Assembly (NCBI RefSeq): GCF_006345805.1
Contig: NC_043000.1
Span: forward strand, 72,292,001-72,356,000
DNA from: Octopus sinensis
Taxonomy: Eukaryota
Direction of reading: 5' to 3'
Length of the DNA: 64,000 nucleotides
Of this stretch, positions 1 through 11,551 are shown piece after piece. Position 1 is the stretch's first letter, and every line of letters starts with the position of its first letter. The position numbers and the translations under genes were made by a program. Below the pieces are notes generated by a model. That model made no database searches and was not told the DNA's origin. It saw only the letters and a program-made list of their open reading frames with translations.

Positions 1-166
1 AAATGTTTGTGCAGTTGTCCGAAATGGAACCAGGGTAAATGTGTGGAACTGATGTATTATAATGAATAGTCCTTCTTGAACTGAAAACCAGTGGTGTAGC
101 ATATAAGAGCATAAGAGATCTTCTTCTAGCCAAAATGGATGACCAGTCTGAATGGCTCACCCCTGT

Positions 167-277
167 CACACACACACACACACACACACACAACACACAC
201 ACACACACACACACTCACACAGACACACACACACACACCACTCACACAGACACGCACACACACACACACACACACAC
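167..277. repeat. (CA)n microsatellite
   Basis: Direct inspection. Confidence 0.95.
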
Positions 278-430
278 GTTAGCTTACAATGTCTGTCAAC
301 AATTGACACTGTCGTATATATTAGCGTATCTATGTGTCTAAAGAGGAAGTGGGAGTAATAGGCAGAGTAAAGGCTTCAAAGTAAAAGAGTTAAATGTTAA
401 AATATTGAGTTTTCTCGAATTTTGTCTTAA

Positions 431-648
431 GTGGGGGTGAAATTGAAAGAAATTTTGTATGGCATGACCGAATGGAAGTACTTGTAAAAATCATAGGTAA
501 ACTGTAATTGAAGAAGTTGTGTGAGGAGTAAATCGTTATGTATTTATTTGTTTCTGTTTGCTGTTTTTTTTTGAGTAGTGTTGTAAGGTACACTTGCAAA
601 GAGAAAGTAGTAGAAATTAGGGTGATAGCATGAGTGAAGCAGTTCGCT

Positions 649-685
<37 letters not shown>

Positions 686-1430
686 AGCACACACTAAGAA
701 AAGCACTTCACTTACACACCACAATGCGAGTTTTCTCAAAATGTTGCTTAATTGGTGGTGAAATTTGAAAAACTGTACCTGGCACGACCCGATGTATTCT
801 ACTCTTAATAATGCTAGGTAAATTGTAATTGAAGAAATCCTATATTGTAGATTTCTATAAGAGACAAAGGGAGGCAGATAAAATCTGCCTTTTATAATAA
901 GAGATATATATATATATAACAATAATGGAGGATAAAACTTTAAAAAAAAATTATCAGCATATAAAAGGAAACCGAATAAGCTGAAATTATATGTATAATT
1001 ATAAGGGCTCCGAAAGAAATTTTTTAGCCTATATGCTGGAAAATAGACGCTAAATCGTTTCACCACTCAAAGAATTCACAAACACATGTGCTGAATTTGA
1101 CGCAACAAGCCAACGGAAATTATTAATAAAATAGATAGCCCTGTATCAGCTAATTTCTGGATCTGCCCAATGGATCTTCCGTCTTCAGCAGGACATGCTT
1201 AAGAAATAAAAAAAATATTTATTTATACTTACAGGAAAGCAAAACCCCAAATACATATAAAAACTCCAGATACCTTAGGAATGAATTTCGTAGCTTGCCT
1301 CAACAATATGTCTATTCGGTCGCCATAGCAGTTAGGTAGCTATGCTGTCCCGAAGTGAAGAAATTTTTCAATTACAATAATAGGGGATAAAACTTTTTAA
1401 AAAAGTTTGTGACTTCTTTGAGTGGTGAGA
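431..1430. mobile_element. Unclassified composite repeat with internal diverged direct repeats and a 23-bp inverted repeat; possible non-autonomous DNA element
   Basis: 431-520 resembles 757-840. caccactcaaagaattcacaaac (1061-1083) is inverted at 1405-1427 with 1 mismatch. No TSD or ORF found. Confidence 0.3.
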
Positions 1431-1486
1431 CATATAGACTAGAAAATTTCTTTTTAAGTCCTTATTATAATTATACATATAATTGT

Positions 1487-1597
1487 ATGTGTGTATATAT
1501 ACATATATATATACATACATATATATATATATACATACATATATATATATACATATATATATATACTATATATATATATATATAGATATATATATAC

Positions 1598-1648
<51 letters not shown>

Positions 1649-1649
1649 C

Positions 1650-1684
<35 letters not shown>

Positions 1685-1869
1685 ATATATATATATATAT
1701 ATTATATATATATATATATTATATACATATATATATAGATATATATATATATATATATATAATATATAATATATATATATACATATATACATATATATAC
1801 ATATACAATATATATATATATATATATATACATATATTATATATATATATATAATACATATATATATAT

Positions 1870-1914
<45 letters not shown>

Positions 1915-1924
1915 ATATATATAT

Positions 1925-1966
<42 letters not shown>

Positions 1967-1989
1967 TATATACATATATATATATATAT
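1487..1989. repeat. Interrupted (TA)n array
   Basis: Direct inspection. Confidence 0.95.
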
Positions 1990-2215
1990 CATATAATTAA
2001 GGGCTAAAGAGGGTTATTCTAAAGCCAAATACACTGTTTTATCCACTTATAATCCGCTTGTTACAGGAAAATTGAAACTGAAAACGGGCAACTAACCTTT
2101 AGAAAATTTAAATTTCGTTATCTCTATATTGAATCAATTTCGGACTTAATCTTATAAAAAAAGATATATTCCTTCTTCAGTAGAAATTTCGATGGGATAT
2201 AAATAAAATACTCAC

Positions 2216-3383
2216 GTATGATCATGGAAAAAGCACAAGCTAAAAACATAACTACACTTGAGTACATCATTTATATCTAAAAATAAAAATTCTTTGGTCA
2301 GCCTCAGAAAACAACGTCCAGACCTTTCGCCGCTACAAATTGTAATGGTTACCAGTCCTCCTGTAGCAAGCATCGAGTTTACTACTAAGCAATATAGGAT
2401 GAAGTCCCTTACTCTACAGCAAAGGAATTCATCAGGAAGCGTGGGCAGTATATTTAAAAAAACCGTTACGGTTGCAATATACATCATATAATTAAGGGCT
2501 AAAGAGGGTTATTCTAAAGCCAAATACACTGTTTTATCCACTTATAATCCGCTTGTTACAGGAAAATTGAAACTGAAAACGGGCAACTAACCTTTAGAAA
2601 ATTTAAATTTCGTTATCTCTATATTGAATCAATTTCGGACTTAATCTTATAAAAAAAGATATATTCCTTCTTCAGTAGAAATTTCGATGGGATATAAATA
2701 AAATACTCACGTATGATCATGGAAAAAGCACAAGCTAAAAACATAACTACACTTGAGTACATCATTTATATCTAAAAATAAAAATTCTTTGGTCAGCCTC
2801 AGAAAACAACGTCCAGACCTTTCGCCGCTACAAATTGTAATGGTTACCAGTCCTCCTGTAGCAAGCATCGAGTTTACTACTAAGCAATATAGGATGAAGT
2901 CCCTTACTCTACAGCAAAGGAATTCATCAGGAAGCGTGGGCAGTATATTTAAAAAAAACGTTACGGTTGCAATATACATCATATAATTAAGGGCTAAAGA
3001 GGGTTATTCTAAAGCCAAATACACTGTTTTATCCACTTATAATCCGCTTGTTACAGGAAAATTGAAACTGAAAACGGGCAACTAACCTTTAGAAAATTTA
3101 AATTTCGTTATCTCTATATTGAATCAATTTCGGACTTAATCTTATAAAAAAAGATATATTCCTTCTTCAGTAGAAATTTCGATGGGATATAAATAAAATA
3201 CTCACGTATGATCATGGAAAAAGCACAAGCTAAAAACATAACTACACTTGAGTACATCATTTATATCTAAAAATAAAAATTCTTCAGTAGAAATTTCGAT
3301 GGGATATAAATAAAATACTCACGTATGATCATGGAAAAAGCACAAGCTAAAAACATAACTACACTTGAGTACATCATTTATAT
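2216..3383 (-). pseudogene. Four antisense copies of the candidate signal-peptide exon (2216-2276, 2711-2771, 3206-3266, 3323-3383)
   Basis: Reverse complements of the 61-nt exon, with acceptor and donor sites intact. Confidence 0.6.
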
Positions 3384-3677
3384 CTAAAAATAAAAATTCT
3401 TTGGTCAGCCTCAGAAAACAACGTCCAGACCTTTCGCCGCTACAAATTGTAATGGTTGCCAGTCCTCCTGTAGCAACCGTAACGGTTTTTTTAAATATAC
3501 TGCCCACGCTTCCTGATGAATTCCTTTGCTGTAGAGTAAGGGACTTCATCCTATATTGCTTAGTAGTAAACTCGATGCTTGCTACAGGAGGACTGGTAAC
3601 CATTACAATTTGTAGCGGCGAAAGGTCTGGACGTTGTTTTCTGAGGCTGACCAAAGAATTTTTATTTTTAGATATAA

Positions 3678-3732
3678 ATGATGTACTCAAGTGTAGTTAT
3701 GTTTTTAGCTTGTGCTTTTTCCATGATCATAC
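3678..3732 (+). CDS. Candidate signal-peptide exon, copy 1 (MMYSSVVMFLACAFSMII, phase-1 donor)
   Basis: Acceptor tttttatttttAG at 3670-3671, ATG at 3678, hydrophobic 18 aa, donor GTGAGT at 3733. Phase matches the VWA exon acceptor. Confidence 0.6.
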
Positions 3733-4171
3733 GTGAGTATTTTATTTATATCCCATCGAAATTTCTACTGAAGAAGGAATATATCTTTTTTTATAAGATT
3801 AAGTCCGAAATTGATTCAATATAGAGATAACGAAATTTAAATTTTCTAAAGGTTAGTTGCCCGTTTTCAGTTTCAATTTTCCTGTAACAAGCGGATTATA
3901 AGTGGATAAAACAGTGTATTTGGCTTTAGAATAACCCTCTTTAGCCCTTAATTATATGATGTATATGCAACCGTAACGGTTTTTTTAAATATACTGCCCA
4001 CGCTTCCTGATGAATTCCTTTGCTGTAGAGTAAGGGACTTCATCCTATATTGCTTAGTAGTAAACTCGATGCTTGCTACAGGAGGACTGGTAACCATTAC
4101 AATTTGTAGCGGCGAAAGGTCTGGACGTTGTTTTCTGAGGCTGACCAAAGAATTTTTATTTTTAGATATAA

Positions 4172-4226
4172 ATGATGTACTCAAGTGTAGTTATGTTTTT
4201 AGCTTGTGCTTTTTCCATGATCATAC
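4172..4226 (+). CDS. Candidate signal-peptide exon, copy 2 (identical)
   Basis: AG at 4164-4165, ATG at 4172, GTGAGT at 4227. Confidence 0.6.
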
Positions 4227-4498
4227 GTGAGTATTTTATTTATATCCCATCGAAATTTCTACTGAAGAAGGAATATATCTTTTTTTATAAGATTAAGTCC
4301 GAAATTGATTCAATATAGAGATAACGAAATTTAAATTTTCTAAAGGTTAGTTGCCCGTTTTCAGTTTCAATTTTCCTGTAACAAGCGGATTATAAGTGGA
4401 TAAAACAGTGTATTTGGCTTTAGAATAACCCTCTTTAGCCCTTAATTATATGATGTATATTGCAACCGTAACGGTTTTTTTAAATATACTGCCCACGC

Positions 4499-4614
4499 TA
4501 TATATATATATATATATATATAATACATATATATATATATAATATACATATATATATATATAATATATATATAATATATAATATATATAATATATATATA
4601 TATAATATATATAT

Positions 4615-4649
<35 letters not shown>

Positions 4650-4825
4650 ATATATATATATACATATAATATATATATATATATATATATTATAATATAT
4701 ATATATTATATATATATATATAATATATATATATACATATTATATATATATTATATATATATATTATATATATATATATATACATATATATATACATATA
4801 TATATATATTTACATATATATATAT

Positions 4826-4893
<68 letters not shown>

Positions 4894-4911
4894 TAATACA
4901 TATATATATAT
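4499..4911. repeat. Interrupted (TA)n array
   Basis: Direct inspection. Confidence 0.95.
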
Positions 4912-5439
4912 TACGGTTTTCGGAGAGGAAAGACGTGTTTGCTTTAGCTCTGTGAAAAAACAAAAAGGTTTGCATAAATCGACGAAATAATCTACTAAAA
5001 GTAACAAAACGTAGAACTCATAAAGTACATTAAAATACATCAATTAAAAATATATTAATCAAAAACGTAATATATTTCGCTTGAAGCCAAATATAATACA
5101 GTAAAGTTAGTTATGCATGCTAGAAACTTCGCCGAAAAAGCACGTGGTGGCAAGTCTTTAATTATCTTCAGCCAAATGTAAGAAGGAAAAAGAATTGTTT
5201 TCTTTTCTGTTGTGAAAGAAAACTTCTTCGTACAAGCACGAGGGTTTGGACTGTACCTTTCAAGATAAGTATCGCTTGTAATTGTTTGTTTATTAATTTT
5301 TTATTTTCCTTTAATATAAGCTAACATCTCAGTTACGATTTACGACGCCATCTTTGTTTACATTCTGAGAATAACTTTCTTTCAATTTCTGTTTCGCTTT
5401 CATATGTTTATTTTCCTGTAATTAGTTTAGAATTAAATA

Positions 5440-6060
5440 ATTCCTTCATTTCCTCACTTTCCTCTACCTCCTCTCTCTTCCCTTACATATATTCCCCCAC
5501 TTCCAGCTCCTTTCTCCATTCCTTTATCTCTCTTTACGCTTACCCTTTCCCTCTCTCTTGCATATCTTACTCCTTTTCCCATCTCTCCTCCTCCCTTTCA
5601 TATCCTCCACTTCTCTCATTTCTCTTTCCTTTCCATCTCACCTCACACTCTCTCATATACTTCTCATTCGCCCATTCTTCTCACTCCGTCTCTCCCTCTC
5701 TCTCACATCCTTCATCCTGTCTCTCCTTCACTCTGTCTCTCTTTCTCTTGTTATCCTCTCCTCCCCTCTGTTTCTGTTTCTCTTCCCCTCCTCTCCTTCA
5801 CTCTGCCTCTCTTTCTTTTCCCCTCTTCTCCTTCACTCTGTCTCTCCTTCTATTCCCCTCCTCTCCCCCTACCTTCCTCTATCTTTTTAGCACACCACAC
5901 CCCCTTGCTTTCCTCCTATCACCCTCTTCATTTCTTTCATAGCACCTCTCTCTTTCCTTCCTATCTCCCTCTCTCTTTCCCTATTTCCCCCCTCTGTGTT
6001 TCTCCGTCTCTACCTTTCTCTATCCCTCATTACCTCTCTAGCCTCTACTCCCCCTCTGGA
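5440..6060. repeat. CT-rich polypyrimidine low-complexity tract, possibly partly the LINE 5' UTR
   Basis: Direct inspection. Confidence 0.85.
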
Positions 6061-6067
6061 CCTCAAA

Positions 6068-6900
6068 ACGAAGATAGCACCAAAGTGGGAAAAGAAAGAG
6101 TTAAATCTTCTGCTGAGAGCATGGACGATTGCTAGTGGTGATCCGCTGAACAACATCATCACTGCCGCGCTAAAAAACAATGGATTTCATAGAACCATTG
6201 ACCAGATAGAGCGGAAGAAAAGTGAGTTTATCCGGTCTTATATGCTTATAACACCACACATCAAAATACTGGACAACATAATTGAAAATTATTGTGGCAA
6301 AGCGGATGAGGATGAAGAGGACGAAAAAGAGAAGGAACTCAGAAGTCTCTGTGATCCAGGGGTTCCTCAGGAAAATGGATCACCTACCCCGGTGAACGAC
6401 CAGGTAGTGAAGGATAGGAGAACCAAGGGAGCAGAAACCGGAAGCCCCCCTGTACCAGTGGTCCTACGAAGAAATGAAAAATTAGAAAAACAGAAGAAAA
6501 AAGGAAGGACCGAAAACAAAATAAGGAGGGAAAAGGAGGAAAAGGCAAAACAACCAAAGCTGAAACCCCAACCCACCACACAAACAGCAGAGAACCCCAT
6601 GGAGGATCCAATGCCACCCAGTACACTTCAGAAACGAAGAAATCTGGAAGGCACCGAATAACCTGTAAGTTCTACCTGTGGGGCAAATGTTGGCATGGTG
6701 AGGATGGCAAAAACTGCCGGTTCGCCCACCCGACACCCCGCCAGAACTTCAGGGGACTCAAGGAGAAAAACTTTACCGAGGGAACACAAGAAATGTCTCC
6801 CAGGAAAACTTTCAAAATCGAAGTGCGCTCCTCAGATGTTCTGCGCAACGCAGCAGCTGAGCAAGAGTCTTTTTTATGCATGGCGGAAAGAATTGTCCGG
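6068..6900 (+). pseudogene. LINE ORF1: Myb/SANT-like trihelix domain plus CCCH zinc finger(s), frameshifted
   Basis: WEKKELNLLLRAW...IITAALKNNGFHRTIDQIERKKSEFIRSY (6086-6241). CKFYLWGKCWHGEDGKNCRFAH (6664-6729) lies in the -1 frame. Confidence 0.7.
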
Positions 6901-6980
6901 CAGCTAACCTGGCTACACCAAGCACAGAGAAGGAACCCTGCCCACCACTATGCAAGACCACCACAGTCAACAGACACGGG

Positions 6981-9942
6981 ATGGCCTCCCCTAACGCCTG
7001 CACAGCCGTCACCCCAATACTTTTACTAAATATTGGGGGCCTGTTGCATCAAAATAAAAACAAAATTTCTTTCCTGAGAGATCTTACTGCATCCAATCAA
7101 GCCCTATGCATAGCACTTGTGGAAACTCACCTCAACCCTGATATAGAGGACGCAGAAGTACACATACCAAACTATGCCATACTGCAAACAGACAGAAGGG
7201 AAAGGAGCCATGGTGGAGTTACTGTATACATCCGAGATGACCTCACACCCCAGGTCTTAATGACATACTCAAATTCGGTATGTGACACTTTAATATAGTC
7301 ATATGCAATACATATTGCCCACCGGATGCCCCAAATCACATAGGAAAGTTTGAAGATTGCCTCACAAGAATTAAAGAAATCCTCATGAATCTGGAACACC
7401 ACGTGACCGTATTTCTTATGGGTGATTTCAACTTCCCCAATGTCAAATGGTCCGAAGGTCACATACTCTCAGGAATGAATCATTGCAAGCAAGTACAGGT
7501 GGAGACCCTGCTCAACCTCACTAGTGCCTTATTCATGGAGCAAGTTGTACTCAAGCCAACTAGGGCGAATAACATTCTGGATCTCTGCTTCACCAACAAT
7601 ATGGACATCATTCATGATGTGAAAGTGACACCGACATCAGTTTCGGATCACAACATAATAGAGCTGTCTATGTTTGGGCCAAAAGTAACCAGAGACATAC
7701 AGCCTAAAGGAAGCACCCGAAATCTCTCCAATCTGAACTTCCACAAAGCAGATTGGAAATCGATCCAAAAAGAGATCCTCAGAGAGGACTGGCCGGAATG
7801 TCTCTCCACACCAGACATTGACATGAAACTAGAATGTTTCATGTCTTCTGTGCAAGCCGTATGCCAGAAATATGTCCCAGAGCACAAGGCCAAAACAAAT
7901 AGGAGCAAGATTCCAAGAGACAGGAAGATCCTCATGAGACGACGGACGAAGGTTGCATATCGTCTCAACCAACATCCCAAAAGTATCGAAACGCCCCGCC
8001 TAAAAATAACACTATGGAGATCGAAAAAAGGCTGCAACAACCCTATGTGAAGGAGAAAGCAGACAAAGAAGCCTGGGTTATAAAAAACATTAAATCAAAC
8101 CCAAAGGCCTTCTTTCATTACGCGAAAGAAACAGTCTCAGTGCACTACAAGATAGGACCCTCATCCAAAAGGATGGCTCCCTCACAGACAGTCCAACTAA
8201 GATCAGTGAGATGCTGAATGACCAGTTCAAAAGTGTCTTTACCACCCCGTTGGAACACAGACAAGTGAACGAACCAGTGGAATTCTTTGCCGCCTCACCT
8301 ATAACCAGCGAGGCGGTTACAATAGAATGTATTGGCATTAGCGAAAAATATGTCCTACTAGCCATAGATGAAGTGGACACAAACTCAGCTGCTGGTCCAG
8401 ACGGTTTCCCAGCAATCCTCCTCAAAGCGTGTAAGCATACCCCTCAAGATTCTCTTCCAGAGCTTTCTTGCGAATGGCAAACTGCCAAGCAAGCTGAAGG
8501 AGGGAATAATATGCCCAATACATAAAGGGGGAAGTAGAGCAGATGCCAAAAACTATAGGCCTATCTCTCTGACTTCACACATCAGCAAAGTCATGGAACG
8601 GATAGTCAGAAAGAAACTAGTCGCATTCCTTGAGGAAAATAACTTGCTGAGTGATACCCAGCATGGTTTTCGACCAGGTAGGAGCTGCCTGACCCAGCTC
8701 TTACAGCATTATGACTGGGTGTTGAGGCAGTTACTCAACAAATCAAATGTGGACGTAATCTACCTTGATTTTGCAAAAGCTTTTGACAAGGTGAATCATG
8801 GTATGATATGCCACAAACTGCATGACCTTGGCATAGCTGGAAAACTTGGAGTGTGGTTGCATGACTTCCTGAAAGATAGGAGCAAGGCAGTAGTGGTTAA
8901 TGGAGCCACCTCTATGAACACACAAATAGTGAGCGGTGTTCCACAGGGCACTGTCTTGGGACCACTGCTTTTTATAGTGGCCCTCTCAGATATGCCCTCA
9001 AATGCCTGGATAGCCACTCTGGCCAGCTATGCAGACGATACGAAAGTCTCGCAGAAAATACAGAACCCCAGCGATGTTGCACACCTGCAGCAGGAGTTGG
9101 ACTCAATTTACAGATGGGCTGAGGATAATAATATGCAGTTTAATGCTGAAAAATTCCAGGTCCTGCGCTACTAGCATCCAAAACTGAATATTAAACTTAC
9201 AGGATACACCGGTCCACAGGGAATTTCAATCCCAGAGCCTAAGTCTGTGAGGGACCTGGGTATCGACATGAGTGATGATACCTTTTTCCAAGTGCACGTT
9301 ACCAGGATGGCGACAAAGTGCAGACAACTGGCTGGGTGGATCCTAAGAACATTCAGAACCAGAGATAAGGAAACCATGATGGTCCTCTGGCGGACATTCG
9401 TCCTCAGCCGCCTGGATTACTGCTCACAGCTATGGTCACTCACCAGTGTAAAATTAACAGCGGACCTTGAAGCAATCCAGAGAAGATTCACAAAGAAGAT
9501 CGTCTCTTTGCAACAGCTCAGCTACTGGGAAAGGTTGAAACAGCTAAGACTCTACTCCCTGGAGAGAAGACGGGAGAGGTATGCAGTAATATATGTCTTG
9601 AAGATCCTGGAAGGAATTGTGCCAAATTTTGGCATTGTAAGCTACACCAATGCTAGAACGGGACGACACTGCATAATGCCAAAGATCCCAGCAATGCCAT
9701 CACGCTTCAGGACCAGCTACTGCACAAGCCTGGGTTTCAAGGGCCCACAGCTTTTTAATATTCTCCCAAAGAGTCTGAGGAACATGCACAAAGTAGATGT
9801 AGCGGTTTTTAAATCAAAGCTGGACATCTTCCTGTCAAGAGTCCCAGATGAACCTACCTCACGGCAAGAGGTGCAAATGAGAGTAGCTATATCAAACTCC
9901 ATTCTTCACCAAGTGCCACATATTAGACGAGGTTCGTCGTAA
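6981..9942 (+). pseudogene. LINE ORF2 (APE endonuclease + reverse transcriptase) with stops and frameshifts
   Basis: Pieces at 6876-7298, 7385-8050, 8211-8525, 8368-9174 and 9247-9942. In-frame TAG at 9172-9174. Confidence 0.92.
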
Positions 9943-10001
9943 TAACAGTGTAGCACAAAACGGCGGTGCATCAGTATGGCCGCAGCTCTGAGCTGAAACT
10001 A

Positions 10002-10060
<59 letters not shown>

Positions 10061-10114
10061 ATGTATACATATACAATCTGTCAGTAGTTCACAAATCCGA
10101 AAAGAAGCACACTC

Positions 10115-10292
10115 TAAAGCTTGGCGGGTTTCTTTCAGTTTTACTCTACTAAATCTACTCAGAAGACTTTGGTCGGCCTGAGGCTGTAGTAGAAGACACT
10201 AGCCAAATGTGCCTTGCAATGGGACTGAACTCAAAATCATGTGGTTGGGAAGTCATGAGGCTGGGAAGCTATACCTGTTCCTGTATATACGC
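10115..10292 (-). mobile_element. SINE family S1 (tRNA head + CORE-like domain), 5' part, decayed
   Basis: Similar to the reverse complement of 33623-33770. Confidence 0.75.
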
Positions 10293-10434
10293 ACATAAAG
10301 TAGATGCTTGAAAATACCTGTGGATAGAGACTTGTCCGTGGGTGATTTTATGTTAATTAATCGGATATTTCATTTTCGTTGTCGTCTACGATTTCAGCAG
10401 CATAAAGATACTCCTTGTTGTACCATTATTTCCC

Positions 10435-10465
<31 letters not shown>

Positions 10466-10955
10466 TGTATGTATGTATGTATGTGTGTATGCATGCATAT
10501 GTGTCTGTGTGTGTATGTATGTATGTATTTATGTATGTATGCATATATGTACAGACATATACACATCATATATAATTTATAAGTAGATATGTTTGTTACC
10601 CAAATAAATGCCCAATATTCGTAGGTATAAATCTGATATTACAATCCTAGGCAGTAAGTTGTAAATCTAATATTTACCACTAGTATTCGGACGTCTGCCT
10701 GTATTACTCACAAACTTTTACCAACTACTAATATTTTATGCAAAACACTATTAACCTTATAAATTTTCATTTCAACATTTAATGATTGAGAGAGAAAAAA
10801 AATCTATACGTATATACGTAAGTGCAGTAGTCGGCAAGATTAACCTGGCGTTATGCTATTTGAAACTTATCTTCGCTAAGCATTTTAGAAAGTGTCTGAA
10901 CATTACAGCTTTTTATTTTTATTTTGAATTAATGTTTACTCTATTCTCATTTCAG

Positions 10956-11551
10956 TTTGCAACAAAACTCAAGAAACAGATTTGATGTTCGTAGTCAATA
11001 ACCATTTGATAGGATATAATAAGACAGAGAAAATTGTGAATGTAGTTGCTGAGATTATCGACCTTCTCGGTAACGAATCGCCCATCCGCACTGGAATGAT
11101 GTACGATGACTGTGAAACAAAAGAAGATATTCCCCTCGGTTCTTTACAAGAAAAAACAGCTTTCATTCAGAGAATAGATAAAATAAAGTTTAATAGTTTT
11201 GCGGGGATGATTAGAAAACTCCGATTAAATGTTTTTCCGGTGGAAGACATAAAGACAAAGAATTCATCTCGGCGAATCGGCTTTCTTTTCCTGGATGAAG
11301 TGTCAAATATAAACGACTTCAACGTCATTAGAGAAGTGAAACGAAGTTTAGGCAATGGTATTCAGTTATACGTTGTTGTGATCGGTGACAGAGTCGATAT
11401 TTCTACCATTGAACGTAACATAGCTCCACGGGAACGAATTATTATAATACCATCATACAACGATCTAAAGTCACTGTTGCCTTCAAAATTTACTGAAAAA
11501 CTTTGCCGCTTAAAAGAATCTTCGCAACACTCGCAACTTGCAAGCACTTGA
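10956..11551 (+). CDS. Terminal exon encoding a von Willebrand factor A domain with a degenerate MIDAS motif
   Basis: Acceptor ctcatttcAG at 10954-10955, phase 1. Reads CNKTQETDLMFVVNN...RRIGFLFLDE...GIQLYVVVIGDRVDISTIERNIAPRERIIIIPSYNDL...KLC, matching VWA strands and helices with flanking Cys. Stop at 11549-11551; AATAAA at ~12330 and 12411. Confidence 0.8.

Larger units (their letters stand above)
1990..4498. repeat. Tandem-plus-inverted array of a 495-bp unit forming a ~2.5-kb quasi-palindrome
   Basis: Units start at 1990, 2485 and 2980. Internal 117-bp duplication (3163-3279/3280-3396). Strand switch at ~3473-3476 on a GCAA microhomology, then inverted units to 4498. Confidence 0.95.
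5996..10004 (+). mobile_element. Near full-length decayed CR1-group (Jockey superfamily) LINE
   Basis: ORF1 plus APE (LLLNIGGL..ALVETHL..GDFNFP), RT (YLDFAKAFDKV, GVPQGTVLGPLLF, YADD) and C-terminal YWERLKQLRLYSLERRRERY. 3' tail ends at ~10004. Confidence 0.93.

Noticed and set aside
135-1975. ORFs such as HTHTH, YIYIY, MYVC and poly-I/L/Y, here and at 18.4-18.9, 21.4-22, 37-38.9, 43, 49.3-49.8 and 56.3-57.7 kb
   Set aside because: Translations of stop-free microsatellites; no coding evidence.
2212-4184. 77-123 aa ORFs repeated in the palindrome
   Set aside because: Products of the repeat unit with no recognisable domain; only the 61-nt exon has coherent splice, phase and signal-peptide features.
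5172-5268. Possible internal exon (cttcAG...GTATCG)
   Set aside because: The phase needed to join the signal exon hits TGA after 14 codons.
7172-9902. Antisense and alternate-frame ORFs over the LINEs (also 28-30, 50-53 and 59-62 kb)
   Set aside because: Shadows of the retroelement pol frames.
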